50,611 bases of DNA, taken from assembly GCA_963976765.1 (NCBI GenBank), contig CAXBME010000042.1:1-50611 (forward strand). The letters are read 5' to 3'. This DNA is from an uncultured Planctomycetaceae bacterium. Its GTDB lineage: Bacteria; Planctomycetota; Planctomycetia; Planctomycetales; Planctomycetaceae. Each line of letters begins with the position of its first letter. Position 1 is the first letter of the stretch. The notes below the pieces were generated by a model. It had not been told where the DNA came from. It saw only the letters and a list, made by a program, of their open reading frames with translations, and searched no databases. Both the position numbers and the translations under genes were made by a program. Positions 41,438-50,611 of this stretch are shown one piece after another.

Positions 41438-44400
41438 ATGACCGCACACATCACACTGATTCTTCTCCTGTTGTTCTGCTTTTTCGCCGATCCATCCGAT
41501 GCGGCGGAAAAGTTCATTGTTGAAAACGGAATCGCCAAAGCGGAGATCGTGATTTCGGAAACTCCCACGCGGATGCAACGTGTCGCCGCGCACGAGTTTC
41601 GGATGCAGATTGAAAAGATCAGCGGAGCGCGACTGCCGATCCTCACCGTGCCAGGCGGAAACGCCGTGAAGATTTTCATTGGTGAGAGTCCGCAGAATCC
41701 TGTGAAGGCGGATGGCCTGGATGCCGGCGCCTATCGCATCGCGACCGGGTCGGGCTGGATGTCGCTGGTCGGCGATGACAGCGAGTTCGAGCCCATTGAG
41801 CCGTTCGCGAGGAATAACAGTGACATCCCGCGCGCTCAGGCGGAGTGGGAGAAGATCGTCGGCGCGCCGTACGGCATGCCGTCTCGCGGTTTGTACAAAA
41901 ACCGGTTGCGACTGCCTGGCGACACGGGCAAACCGGATGGTGCAGCCACGGAATCGAAGGAGACGCTGGAAGTCTGGGGGCTCGACGAGCGTGGCAGCTT
42001 TAACGCCGTCTGCGGTTACCTGCGCAAGCTCGGCGCTCGCTGGTATCTGCCGGGCGAACTGGGCGAAGTGCTGCCGTCGATGAAGACGATTCCGCTGCCT
42101 CAGATCGACGAAACCGTACAGCCCGATTTTTCACTGCGGCAGTTCAACTTCCGATTCAGCACCGCCGGTCCGGAAACATCAATGTGGGCCATGAGACTTG
42201 GCATCCGCAACAACGAGCGGCTGCAGATTGCTCACGGAATTTCCACGATGACCAACCGCCAGGAAGTCTTTGATGCGCATCCTGACTGGTTCGCGATCTA
42301 CGGTGGTAAGACCGACTTCAAACCTGGTGATTCGAAGTGCCAGGTGTGCTACTCGAACGACGAACTTTTCGACGAGACCGTGCGGTGGGCGAGAACGCTG
42401 CTCGACACTTACCAGTTTGAATCTGTTTCTATTATGCCGCCGGACGGCTACACCTCGATCTGCCAGTGCGAAAAATGCAAAGGCAAAGACTCGCCCGAAC
42501 GCCACGAACGCGGCCTGCTCAGTGACCACGTGTGGGACTTTGTGAATCGCGTCGCGAAGGAGATCGGGAAGTCGCATCCTCGCGCGAAGGTGCTGAACTG
42601 CGCCTATGGCGTTTACACGCTGCCGCCGTTGAAGATCGAGAAGCTCGAACCGAACGTGCAGGTGTGCATTGTTGGCGGTCGGCGTCCGATCAACAAAGGC
42701 GGTGTGAAGGGGGAAGGCGAATCCGCGCCGGACGTGTTGCGAGCCGCCTGGGCAAAGAAGACCGACAACCCACTGCTCATTTTCGAAAACTACCCTTTCA
42801 CGAGTCGAGGCTGGTATCTGCCCAGCTTCGCCGCGCACGCAATCGCCGACAGCGTGAACGCGACGAAGGGCATCTCGGCGGGCGAGGATATCTGGCTCAG
42901 CGTAGCTCAGGATTTCGCCACCAAAGGCATTGGCTTTAATCATTTCATGGTCTACTTCACCGCCCGCATGTACTGGGGCGGCAAGGGCGCGGATGTCGAC
43001 GCGATGCTGCGGGAATACTGCCGCCTGTTCTACGGCCCCGCTGAGCAGGAGATGCTCGCGTTCTTCACGTTCTGCGAGGCAAACTGGCACTTGATGGAAG
43101 CAGACAAGGCGAAGGCCGATGAAGCACTCGCTCTCTTCAGCAGGGTGAAAGCGAAAGCCGGCTCTGCCAGTGTTTACAGCCAGCGAGTGGCTCTCATTGA
43201 CGACTACCTCAAGGGCCTGCGCATGAAGACTGAGCAGCTTGGCCAGAAGCGTGGTCCTGTGCCAAAGTTGCGGCTCGTTGGTGACGCGTACGACATCGTG
43301 ATCGACGGCAAGCTCGACGAAGTGTACTGGCAGAAATGCCCCGTCGCTGCCACGGGAAACTTCCGCGAGTTGCAGACCGGTCGCACGCCCACATTCGGCA
43401 CTTCGTTCAAGGCCGGCTGGCAGGGCAGCAATCTCTACTTTGCGATTCGCTGTGATGAGCATCCTGGCGAGCAACCTGTCACCGCCTCAACCCGCGATGA
43501 CGACCAGGCCATCTGGCACGGCGATGTCGTCGAGATCGAACTCGCCACCGAAACGCACTCCTATTATCAGATCGCTGTCAGCCCCGCCGGTCACATCGTC
43601 GATCTGGATCGTGGTGCTGGTAAAGCGTTCGGCTGGGACTCGAAGGCCGAAGTCGCCACGCACATCGCCGACGACCACTGGATCGTCGAGATTCGATTCC
43701 CGGTCACCACTGACGAAAACGATCCACTGAATCAGGTCGTTGGCAGACATCCTACACAAAGCCTGCCTTGGCACATCAACCTCTGTCGTCAGCGTCTCCG
43801 CGAGGACGGCCAGGAACTCAGTGCGTTTTCACCGACCGGTACGAACGGTTTTCACGTGCCGATGAAATTCGCTCATTTCTACGACGGCAGGTCGCATCAG
43901 TTCCAGTCGGATCCCAGCGTGACTGACTTCGCTATCGGCTTCCAGAAGGCCACAAAAGGTCGCAAGGCGGCGAGCTTCCTTACCCTTGCCGAACTGGAGA
44001 ATATCACTGATCAACAGAAAGCTGCCGCGCTGGAAGAAGCCGCGATGCTCGATCGAGCTAACGCCGAGGACATTATTGAACGAATCCCTGTCGAGGCCGT
44101 GAAGAAGACCGCGCAGATGCAGAGCCTCCTCGCGCAGGGCAAAGCGTCTGAAGTGATCGTGGGATTTGCCGACGAAGATCTGATGCGATGGCCGTTCTGG
44201 AAGCGCGGCGAAGGTTATTACTTACGCGGACGAGCGCATTACATCGCCAAAGAAGGTGCCAAAGCCGAAGCCGATCTCACCAAAGCGCTGCCGTGGGTCA
44301 GCGAGGCCCGCAGTCGTGATTCGCTGTTGCTGACGCTCGCCTGGAATCGCGAACGGAATCTGGGCGACGACGACAGAGCTCTGGAAGCGTTCAACGCCGT

Positions 44401-44608
44401 CGTCGTCGGCCGTGAACGCATCGGTGGGGCCGATGAATACGGCGCGTTGCAGGGCATCGCGCGAATTCTAACACGGCGTGGCCAGTACGATGAGGCCCTG
44501 CGCACACTGAACCGGGCCAACCCCGACAAGCTGCAGGGAACCTGGCGAGAGAACATCCTCAAATCAATCGAAGCGGTCAAAGAGGCGAAACGCGAAGACG
44601 CGAAGTAA
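41438..44608 (+). CDS. Secreted DUF4838 domain protein with CBM9-like and TPR-like C-terminal domains
   Basis: Signal peptide, HPDWFA...CYSN...PPDG...CQCEKC...SDHVWDFVNRVA, IDGKLDE.YW...LYFAIRC, and a helical repeat tail. Confidence 0.85.
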   Translation: MTAHITLILLLLFCFFADPSDAAEKFIVENGIAKAEIVISETPTRMQRVAAHEFRMQIEKISGARLPILTVPGGNAVKIFIGESPQNPVKADGLDAGAYRIATGSGWMSLVGDDSEFEPIEPFARNNSDIPRAQAEWEKIVGAPYGMPSRGLYKNRLRLPGDTGKPDGAATESKETLEVWGLDERGSFNAVCGYLRKLGARWYLPGELGEVLPSMKTIPLPQIDETVQPDFSLRQFNFRFSTAGPETSMWAMRLGIRNNERLQIAHGISTMTNRQEVFDAHPDWFAIYGGKTDFKPGDSKCQVCYSNDELFDETVRWARTLLDTYQFESVSIMPPDGYTSICQCEKCKGKDSPERHERGLLSDHVWDFVNRVAKEIGKSHPRAKVLNCAYGVYTLPPLKIEKLEPNVQVCIVGGRRPINKGGVKGEGESAPDVLRAAWAKKTDNPLLIFENYPFTSRGWYLPSFAAHAIADSVNATKGISAGEDIWLSVAQDFATKGIGFNHFMVYFTARMYWGGKGADVDAMLREYCRLFYGPAEQEMLAFFTFCEANWHLMEADKAKADEALALFSRVKAKAGSASVYSQRVALIDDYLKGLRMKTEQLGQKRGPVPKLRLVGDAYDIVIDGKLDEVYWQKCPVAATGNFRELQTGRTPTFGTSFKAGWQGSNLYFAIRCDEHPGEQPVTASTRDDDQAIWHGDVVEIELATETHSYYQIAVSPAGHIVDLDRGAGKAFGWDSKAEVATHIADDHWIVEIRFPVTTDENDPLNQVVGRHPTQSLPWHINLCRQRLREDGQELSAFSPTGTNGFHVPMKFAHFYDGRSHQFQSDPSVTDFAIGFQKATKGRKAASFLTLAELENITDQQKAAALEEAAMLDRANAEDIIERIPVEAVKKTAQMQSLLAQGKASEVIVGFADEDLMRWPFWKRGEGYYLRGRAHYIAKEGAKAEADLTKALPWVSEARSRDSLLLTLAWNRERNLGDDDRALEAFNAVVVGRERIGGADEYGALQGIARILTRRGQYDEALRTLNRANPDKLQGTWRENILKSIEAVKEAKREDAK

Positions 44609-44697
44609 ACGTTCAATTTGCAGGGTGTCCCATTCAAACGAACGAGCATTACATGCCAATATCTGTCGGGGGGCATTCCCGGCACGCGAGTCACTTC

Positions 44698-44806
44698 ACC
44701 TGGTCACGATCGACGCATGTCTGTCAGGTGAAATTGTTGAAACGATCGCCGACCGGCAGGCGGATCATGTGCTGACGGTCAAAGGAACAAGCCGACTTTG
44801 CGAGAC
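44698..44806 (+). pseudogene. ISAs1-family transposase internal remnant
   Basis: LVTIDA...EIVETIADRQADHVLTVKG matches the ISAs1 VTIDAMGCQ.EIA..I....ADYVL.VKGN segment, with small indels. No full ORF or terminal repeats were seen. Confidence 0.65.
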
Positions 44807-46488
44807 TACTTAGCTTCGGAGATGGCTTCGGCGATTTCCCGCGTGTGCTCGCGGATTTTTGAGTAGGCGTTCAAAGAAGCAAGCCAGGCAACCATGACAA
44901 CGGGAGCAATGGTGCCATTGGACATTTCGGCCAGATGTTTCTGGCGCAGCTGCTTGATCTCATCGCGAATTCGTTTTGCCGTGGGATCGGTTTTAGTGAT
45001 GATCGCTTTGTTGCCGGTGGCGAGTGCGGTATTGACTTCGGCAAGGTATTCAGCCACGTGAGAATTGAGCTTCACCAGGTCCGCCCGTTGCTCTTCCGTG
45101 AACCGTTCGCCTTCTTTTCGGAGCTTTCGGTCGAACTTATCGAGGTCGAGAACGTAATCGCTGACAGATTCGTATTCGTCAGCCATGTGCATCTGGCGAC
45201 GGGCTTCTGTTGCGACTGAGTGTGGGACATTGCCCGACAGCAGATGGGTGACGAATTCGGAGATCTCGTCCTGAACCGAATCAAGCACTTGTTCGCGTTG
45301 CCTTAAACGATCAGCGAGTGCCTTGTCGGGGTCATCCTGCTGAAGGAGTTCGGCACTCCAGTCGAGCATCTTCGAGCAGCCGTCACCCATCTTTCCGATC
45401 TCCTTCCGAGACTGCTCGATCGCCAGCAGCGGAGTTTCCAGGATGCGGATGTCAAGATCCGTCAGGTGCGGCTTTTCCTTGAAGCCCTTGGATGGGACGA
45501 GTTTTATGAGCAGTCGTTCGAAGACAGCCACGAACGGCAGGAAAATGATGGTGTTTGTAATGTTGAATACGCTGTGCGTCGCTGCGATGGCGGCGACGGT
45601 GTACGGAAAGGTCTGCTTGCCATCGACCATCACTGCCTCGGTAACGTCTCCGTCAACCAGTGACTGAATCAGTTCGATGTACCAGCCGAAGATCAACGTG
45701 ATCCAGAAAACGCCGGCCAGATTGAAGATCACGTGGAAGTAGGCGGCTCGACGCGCGTTTGTCGTTGCGCCGAGTGATGCAAGAAATGCGGTAATCGTTG
45801 TTCCAATGTTTTCACCAAGCACCAGTGCGGCAGCTGTTTCGTACGAGATGACCCCCTGCACAGCCAGCGAAATCGTGATGCCAAGCGTTGCGGACGAGGA
45901 CTGAACCAGCACGGTCAGGATACAGCCGGCGGCGGCGCAACCGAGTACACCCAGATAGGTACTCGCATCAAACCTCTGGAACCACGCTTCAAATGCTGGA
46001 GTTTCTTTGATCATCGAGCAGGCATCTTTCATGACTTCGAGGCCAAAGAAGACCATGCCGACTCCCATCAGAGCCATCGCCCAGTACCGCCAGCGATCGC
46101 CTCGGGAAAACAGATAGAAGAATGCTGATCCTCCAAGAAGCGGTAGTCCATACTTGCCGATCTTCAGGACGAGGATCCAGCCGGTGATTGTGGTCCCGAT
46201 GTTGGCTCCCATGATCACACCGATGGCCTGACCCAGTTGCATGACTCCGCTGTTCACAAATCCAATCACCATGACGGTGGTGATCGAACTCGACTGAACG
46301 ACGCAAGTGACGACAACACCGACAATTGTCGCAAGAATTCGGTTGTTTGTGACGGCTCCAATCAGCTTCCGGAGACTGTTGCCCGCCACAGCCTGCATCC
46401 CGTCCGACATGTGTTTCATGCCAAGCAGAAAGATGCCAAGGCCACCGACAATTTCACAGACAAGCGTGAAAAACGCTGAAATATCCAA
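44806..46488 (-). CDS. Na/Pi cotransporter family protein with PhoU-like C-terminal domains
   Basis: Duplicated VQSSS...G(A/E)NIGTTIT motifs and a helical cytoplasmic tail. TTG start. Confidence 0.93.
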   Translation of the reverse strand: MDISAFFTLVCEIVGGLGIFLLGMKHMSDGMQAVAGNSLRKLIGAVTNNRILATIVGVVVTCVVQSSSITTVMVIGFVNSGVMQLGQAIGVIMGANIGTTITGWILVLKIGKYGLPLLGGSAFFYLFSRGDRWRYWAMALMGVGMVFFGLEVMKDACSMIKETPAFEAWFQRFDASTYLGVLGCAAAGCILTVLVQSSSATLGITISLAVQGVISYETAAALVLGENIGTTITAFLASLGATTNARRAAYFHVIFNLAGVFWITLIFGWYIELIQSLVDGDVTEAVMVDGKQTFPYTVAAIAATHSVFNITNTIIFLPFVAVFERLLIKLVPSKGFKEKPHLTDLDIRILETPLLAIEQSRKEIGKMGDGCSKMLDWSAELLQQDDPDKALADRLRQREQVLDSVQDEISEFVTHLLSGNVPHSVATEARRQMHMADEYESVSDYVLDLDKFDRKLRKEGERFTEEQRADLVKLNSHVAEYLAEVNTALATGNKAIITKTDPTAKRIRDEIKQLRQKHLAEMSNGTIAPVVMVAWLASLNAYSKIREHTREIAEAISEAK

Positions 46489-46511
46489 GACGCCACCGCT
46501 TCCTGAAAATC

Positions 46512-46540
46512 GTTAAGGATTCGTTAAGGAAATGTTAAGG
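46512..46540 (-). promoter_or_regulatory. Pho-box-like triple direct repeat (CCTTAAC, 11-bp period)
   Basis: GTTAAGG at 46512, 46523 and 46534 on the + strand, just upstream of the phosphate transporter and downstream of the PhoR-like kinase. Confidence 0.7.
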
Positions 46541-46687
46541 TGCGGGATTCTATGGAATCCTGGCCGCACTTCAACGCGGTGGCGAATTCTGAATCAAGTC
46601 ATGGGGATTGTCGGAGCGGTCGTTGCGAGTCTGTTTGTTCTGGCTGGAAATCAACGTGGTACCGCTCGCTGGCTTCCGGGTATCGTT

Positions 46688-48478
46688 TCAGTCGGTATCG
46701 ATCCAGAGGGGGATTCGCAGCGAAAATGTGCTGCCTTTTCCGACTTCGCTTTCGACGGAAATTTCTCCATCGAAAGTGGTCGCCATGTGTTTAACGATGG
46801 CCAGACCAAGTCCCGTTCCGCCGATCTCGCGAGTTCGCGCCCGGTCAACTCGAAAGAATCGTTCAAAAATTCTTTTCCGGTTCTCACGCGAGATACCGAC
46901 GCCGTTATCGCGAACCAGAATCACGGCATGATTCATATCACGTGTCCAGGAAACAGCGACCTGACCGCCCTCGGGAGTGTACTTGAGGCCGTTGCTCAGC
47001 AGGTTTTCCATAATCGTTCGAAACGCCCGCTTGTCGGCGGCGACGTTTACGTCGTTCTCGCCACCGTCGATCTTCAATTGCACTTTTCGAGATTCGGAGA
47101 GTGAGGCCAGTTCTTCGACGAGCGATTCCACCACCAGACGAACGGGGACGGAAGTCACGTCGAACGCCTGCTCGCGCGATTCGATTCGTGCCAGTTGAAG
47201 AAGGTCTTCGATCAGGGCGTTCAGGCGATTTCCCTGCTCCTCGATTCGCATCAGAAAACGCCTGGCGAATTCGGAGTCGTCGATCGCTCCATCGAGCAGA
47301 GTTTCAGCCGATGTCTGAATGATCGTCAGTGGTGTCTTGAGTTCGTGCGAAACGTTCGACGCGAAATCCCGACGGATGTTTTCAAGACGTCGGAGTTCGG
47401 TGACATCGTGAAAAACCAGGACAACGCCGGGGCAGGGATCCTGGGCCAGCGGCGTGGCCTCGATTTCGACGATCGTCCCGCTGCGGGGCAACTGACACTC
47501 GACAGAACGCTCCAGCCCGGTCATTGCCTGTCGCACAACGATGCACACCGTCTCGTTGCGGACGCATTCCCAGACGGGGCGGCCGATCAGGTCGCGATCC
47601 CGAAATTCCAGCAGATCGCGAGCCGCTTCGTTCGCAAAAAGTATGTTCTCGTCGTTGTCGATGGCGACGACTCCTTCGACCATCGATCCGAAAACTGTCG
47701 ACAAAAGCTGGCTGCTTTCACGTAACTCCTGACCCGTCTTCCGCAATTCGGACATTCGTGCTGAAAGTTCGTGGCTCATCGTGTTGAAGGCTTCTGCCAG
47801 CGATCCGAGTTCGTCGCGGCGATCAATAAGAACCGCCTGTTGAAGGTCACCTGCGGCGATCGCGTTGGCGGCTGTTTTGAGAGTCGTCAGCGGCTGGATG
47901 ATTCGCTGAAGGATCAGAAACATCGGAGCCAGAGCCAGCAGGCTGACAACCAGAAAGGTGCCGACGACGAGCTGTTTGACGAGATCGATTTCAGCCTCGA
48001 CAGCGTCCAGCGCGACGGAATTTCGAACGTAACCAACGGGAGCAGTTTCATCGCCGACACGAATTGCCAGATACAGCATCGGAATGCCCAGCGTCGGACT
48101 GACACGTCGAGCCATGCCCTGGCCGACTCTTCGAGCCTGAACGATCTCGGAGCGATCGGCGTGGTTTTCCATCGACGTCGGATCGTGTTCCGAGTCTTCG
48201 GCCACGATGCCTTCCTCGGTGATCAGGGTAACTCGCGTCCGGTTCTCGTGAGCGATTTCCGCGACAGCCTCTGTCAGGTTGGTGTGGCGACCGCGATTAA
48301 AAGTGCCATCAAGCAGTCCCACCATCGTCATCGCTGAATCGTGGAGACGCCGGGATTCCTTCTCGTAGGCGATGGTCCGCAGCCGGCCGCCAAGAATCGT
48401 GACGACAGAAAAAGCCGTCACCGCCGACAGTAATGCGAAGACAAAGAAAAGTTTCCAGAACAACCGCGAAGAGAGCAC
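46688..48478 (-). CDS. phoR: PhoR-like sensor histidine kinase (TM, HAMP, PAS, HisKA, HATPase)
   Basis: MENHADRSEI, RRDFASNVSHELKTPLT, NLLSNGLKYT, IFERFFRVDRAR.REIGGTGLGLAIVKH; adjacent to a phosphate transporter. Confidence 0.8.
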   Translation of the reverse strand: MLSSRLFWKLFFVFALLSAVTAFSVVTILGGRLRTIAYEKESRRLHDSAMTMVGLLDGTFNRGRHTNLTEAVAEIAHENRTRVTLITEEGIVAEDSEHDPTSMENHADRSEIVQARRVGQGMARRVSPTLGIPMLYLAIRVGDETAPVGYVRNSVALDAVEAEIDLVKQLVVGTFLVVSLLALAPMFLILQRIIQPLTTLKTAANAIAAGDLQQAVLIDRRDELGSLAEAFNTMSHELSARMSELRKTGQELRESSQLLSTVFGSMVEGVVAIDNDENILFANEAARDLLEFRDRDLIGRPVWECVRNETVCIVVRQAMTGLERSVECQLPRSGTIVEIEATPLAQDPCPGVVLVFHDVTELRRLENIRRDFASNVSHELKTPLTIIQTSAETLLDGAIDDSEFARRFLMRIEEQGNRLNALIEDLLQLARIESREQAFDVTSVPVRLVVESLVEELASLSESRKVQLKIDGGENDVNVAADKRAFRTIMENLLSNGLKYTPEGGQVAVSWTRDMNHAVILVRDNGVGISRENRKRIFERFFRVDRARTREIGGTGLGLAIVKHMATTFDGEISVESEVGKGSTFSLRIPLWIDTD

Positions 48479-48896
48479 AGTTCATTTTCCAGCAGGAGAA
48501 ATCAGACAACGTCAGAGAACGAAGACGTTGCTGGAAAATGAGGGACGGTTGACACATTGTCAACTCGTCAGCCGATGAGCGGCGGAATGAGTGCGCGCCG
48601 GAATGATCGCGAGTCGGTGCCGATTCAAATCTACCGGCGGGTTCGGCTTCCAGACGAGTCCGTGAATTGGTTCCGCTCTGTTTTCAACGAGGTGCCTTGG
48701 AGGCCGTCTTGATCGAAGAATCCGAACCGGCCCGGTATCCAGCTCTGCGCATTCTGCAATGCGTCGCGAAAACCTCTGAAACTCCACCGGTCACTCGACA
48801 GCGTACTCGCCCTGAAAGCCCGTCGTGCATGGTGCAGCTACCCGGAAACTAACGTCGATCATACTCGTCCGATTAGGGGAAAGTGTTGAGAAGTGG

Positions 48897-49175
48897 TTAC
48901 TTACGACGGAGGCGAAGCACCGCGTCAGCAGAAAACAGGAAGCCGTAGTTCAAGAGTAAATGTATGACAAGGTACGACTTGCCGATGACTAGAGCGTCCG
49001 ACTCTGCGAGGACGCTTGCGAAGCACAGAATCGTTAATCCAGCGCAGCAGAACGCGAGGCCAGCAAGCGGAATTCCTGATGGCCCGTTCCCTCTGAGTCT
49101 GGAGATTCCCAGCCGTAGATTCAGTAGGTCGACGCCTAGTCCTGATACGAGCAATACTGTCGCGATGAAAGCCAT
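48897..49175 (-). CDS. Small membrane protein, function unknown
   Basis: Three hydrophobic segments, GPSGIP linker, GAGG before the ATG. Confidence 0.5.
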   Translation of the reverse strand: MAFIATVLLVSGLGVDLLNLRLGISRLRGNGPSGIPLAGLAFCCAGLTILCFASVLAESDALVIGKSYLVIHLLLNYGFLFSADAVLRLRRK

Positions 49176-49429
49176 GTCGCCTCTGCGTCTTCGGGTAGTT
49201 GTCAGTTGTGCATAAACCGCAGGGGGCGGTGTTCAGCTGTGCTCGGTGCATGGTAGAATTTCTCTTCGGTTCCGCCTCAATGACCAAGTCACAATCCTGG
49301 TATTCTGAGTCAGAGATTCGCTGGCAGGTGTTCTTGACTCGGTTGAGGATGAGGTTTGTAGTTGGTGTTCATCGAAAAGGCTTTGGTTTTGTGTTGTATC
49401 CTTTTAGATGGACTGCCGCAGTCACTCAT

Positions 49430-49522
49430 TTTCGCCGTTCCAGGGAAGCGTTTGAACTTCTGATTTCCAAGATGAAATGCTACGTGATGCTGGCCAGATT
49501 TCTTAATTTCGAACCATGCCAT
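49430..49522 (-). pseudogene. N-terminal remnant of a tyrosine-recombinase-like integrase
   Basis: MAWFEIKKSGQHHVAFHLGNQKFKR resembles the N-terminal arm-binding segment of planctomycete integrases. It degenerates immediately and sits just after a tRNA 3' fragment and terminator. Confidence 0.45.
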
Positions 49523-49626
49523 CAACTGGTCCTCCGAACTTCTGCATCCTATGGATGCGATTAAGATTGACCAGCGGTGCAAAGCCAACGCGAGCGCCGT
49601 GCTGCTACCCTTTTGGTGAATCTACG

Positions 49627-49661
49627 AAAAAAGGACTCAGAGCGATTGCTCCAAGTCCTTT
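49627..49661 (-). terminator. Intrinsic terminator downstream of tRNA 3' fragment
   Basis: The minus strand reads AAAGGACTTGGAGC-AATC-GCTCTGAGTCCTTT (14 bp with two G-U), running into a T6 tract. Confidence 0.7.
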
Positions 49662-49692
49662 GCTGTTCATGCTATCCGAAGACAGGCGAAAA

Positions 49693-49718
49693 TTACCCGG
49701 CCAGGACTTGAACCTAGA
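49693..49718 (-). other. tRNA 3'-end fragment (att-site duplication), probably tRNA-Gln-like
   Basis: The minus strand reads CTAGG-TTCAAGT-CCTGG-CCGGGTA-A, i.e. a T-arm plus acceptor 3' strand. No D or anticodon arm upstream. Confidence 0.65.
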
Positions 49719-50483
49719 CTTTGTCGTAGTGTGATCGCATTGGGAAGGAGCTGGATTTGTGCTCGACCCCTGATTTCAAAGCAAGTGCAGCCTTGGCTTC
49801 ACTTGAATCGCAGTTTACTTGAACCGTAGTTGCGTTGCCAACGGCGCTCACAATGCGCTCGCAGTATTGACTCCCGCCAATCGTATCAGCCTCGGTACTG
49901 AAATCGCCTCAAGAGCAATGCAAACAGACTCAATGTTCCACAGCCGGTGCATCGAGCCCGCGGCGGGAATTGAACCGGCATCGTACTTTACCAAATTGTG
50001 TTACGCCGATTGGAGTTACGGAAACTGTCAGGATCCGGCTGACCGAGACTGGCTCGATCTGGCAAGGATTGACAGTGACCTGCTGGCCGTGATTCAGCGG
50101 TGGCCAAGTCTACCGGTTGCATCAAAGCGTGCCGTAACGAAACTCATGGAAGGTTGTGCGGAAGAACCGTGACGGATTCTGCAGGCTCGTCATGAATCCG
50201 TGTCGCAATGTAAGCAGCAGCAATGCTGATTGTTTGTAGCCTTGAATTTTCAGTTGGGGATCGTGCCAGCACGTTCCAAATTAATTGGCAGGATCTAATT
50301 TCTGACTCCATGCCTGGGATGTAGTGCTGCCTGTAAGTCCGCCCCGATCACTTGTTGTAATGCGTTGAATAGACTCATCCGAGCAGTTGATTAACTGAGT
50401 GAACGGAGAGGGACTGTACAAGTCAATGAGTGCCTCGTAACCTTTTAGCCTGGAATTTCTGGTGCTCGTAAAGGAGGCTCGTC

Positions 50484-50611
50484 ATGGCCAAGAAAGCCGG
50501 TGCCCGAGAGGTGAAATCTGCACGTACGAAAAAGCAGAAGGCACAGGGCCTGAGTCGGAGCTATTGTCAAATGTCGTGGCCTGAGACTGAATCAGGCGGC
50601 GTATTCCTGGA
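50484..50611 (+). CDS. Partial CDS running off the window end
   Basis: AAGGAGG RBS, ATG 50484, open to the end of the window (MAKKAGAREVKSARTKK...). Confidence 0.5.
   Translation, partial: MAKKAGAREVKSARTKKQKAQGLSRSYCQMSWPETESGGVFL

Noticed and set aside
42179..43474. 431-aa minus strand ORF
   Set aside because: It is an antisense shadow of the DUF4838 gene.
49693..49760. Complete tRNA gene at the right end
   Set aside because: Only the T-arm and acceptor 3' strand are present; the D-arm, anticodon arm and 5' acceptor strand are missing.

Overview
The window looks like a Planctomycetota chromosome segment, based on its DUF1592/DUF1552, DUF1501 and PVC-type CxxCH genes. Bases ~1-8500 are the right part of an integrative element inserted at tRNA-Pro(GGG). 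It carries an XRE regulator divergent from a long operon of ParB-like protein, VirD4/TraD-like coupling ATPase, several small or membrane proteins, an HTH protein and a large serine recombinase. The last ~20 codons of the recombinase are also, on the other strand, the tRNA 3' end and a terminator-like hairpin. Bases 8.9-36 kb are mostly ordinary host genes (Gfo/Idh/MocA, glpK, esterase, DUF1592/DUF1552, beta-helix protein, DUF1501, glnA, CxxCH dehydrogenase-like protein, tupABC, FAD oxidase). At 36.0-41.2 kb is the best candidate for an undescribed system: a NACHT NTPase with a 41-unit two-position-variable hexamer repeat ([RL][DA])n, then a signal-less subtilisin, then a small ORF that resembles a free copy of that subtilisin's own inhibitory prodomain. 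After that come a DUF4838 protein, an ISAs1 scar, a Na/Pi cotransporter with a Pho-box-like triple repeat, and a PhoR-like kinase. The right edge holds tRNA 3' fragments, a terminator and an integrase remnant, suggesting stacked integration sites. All family assignments come from motif recognition by eye; no database searches were run.
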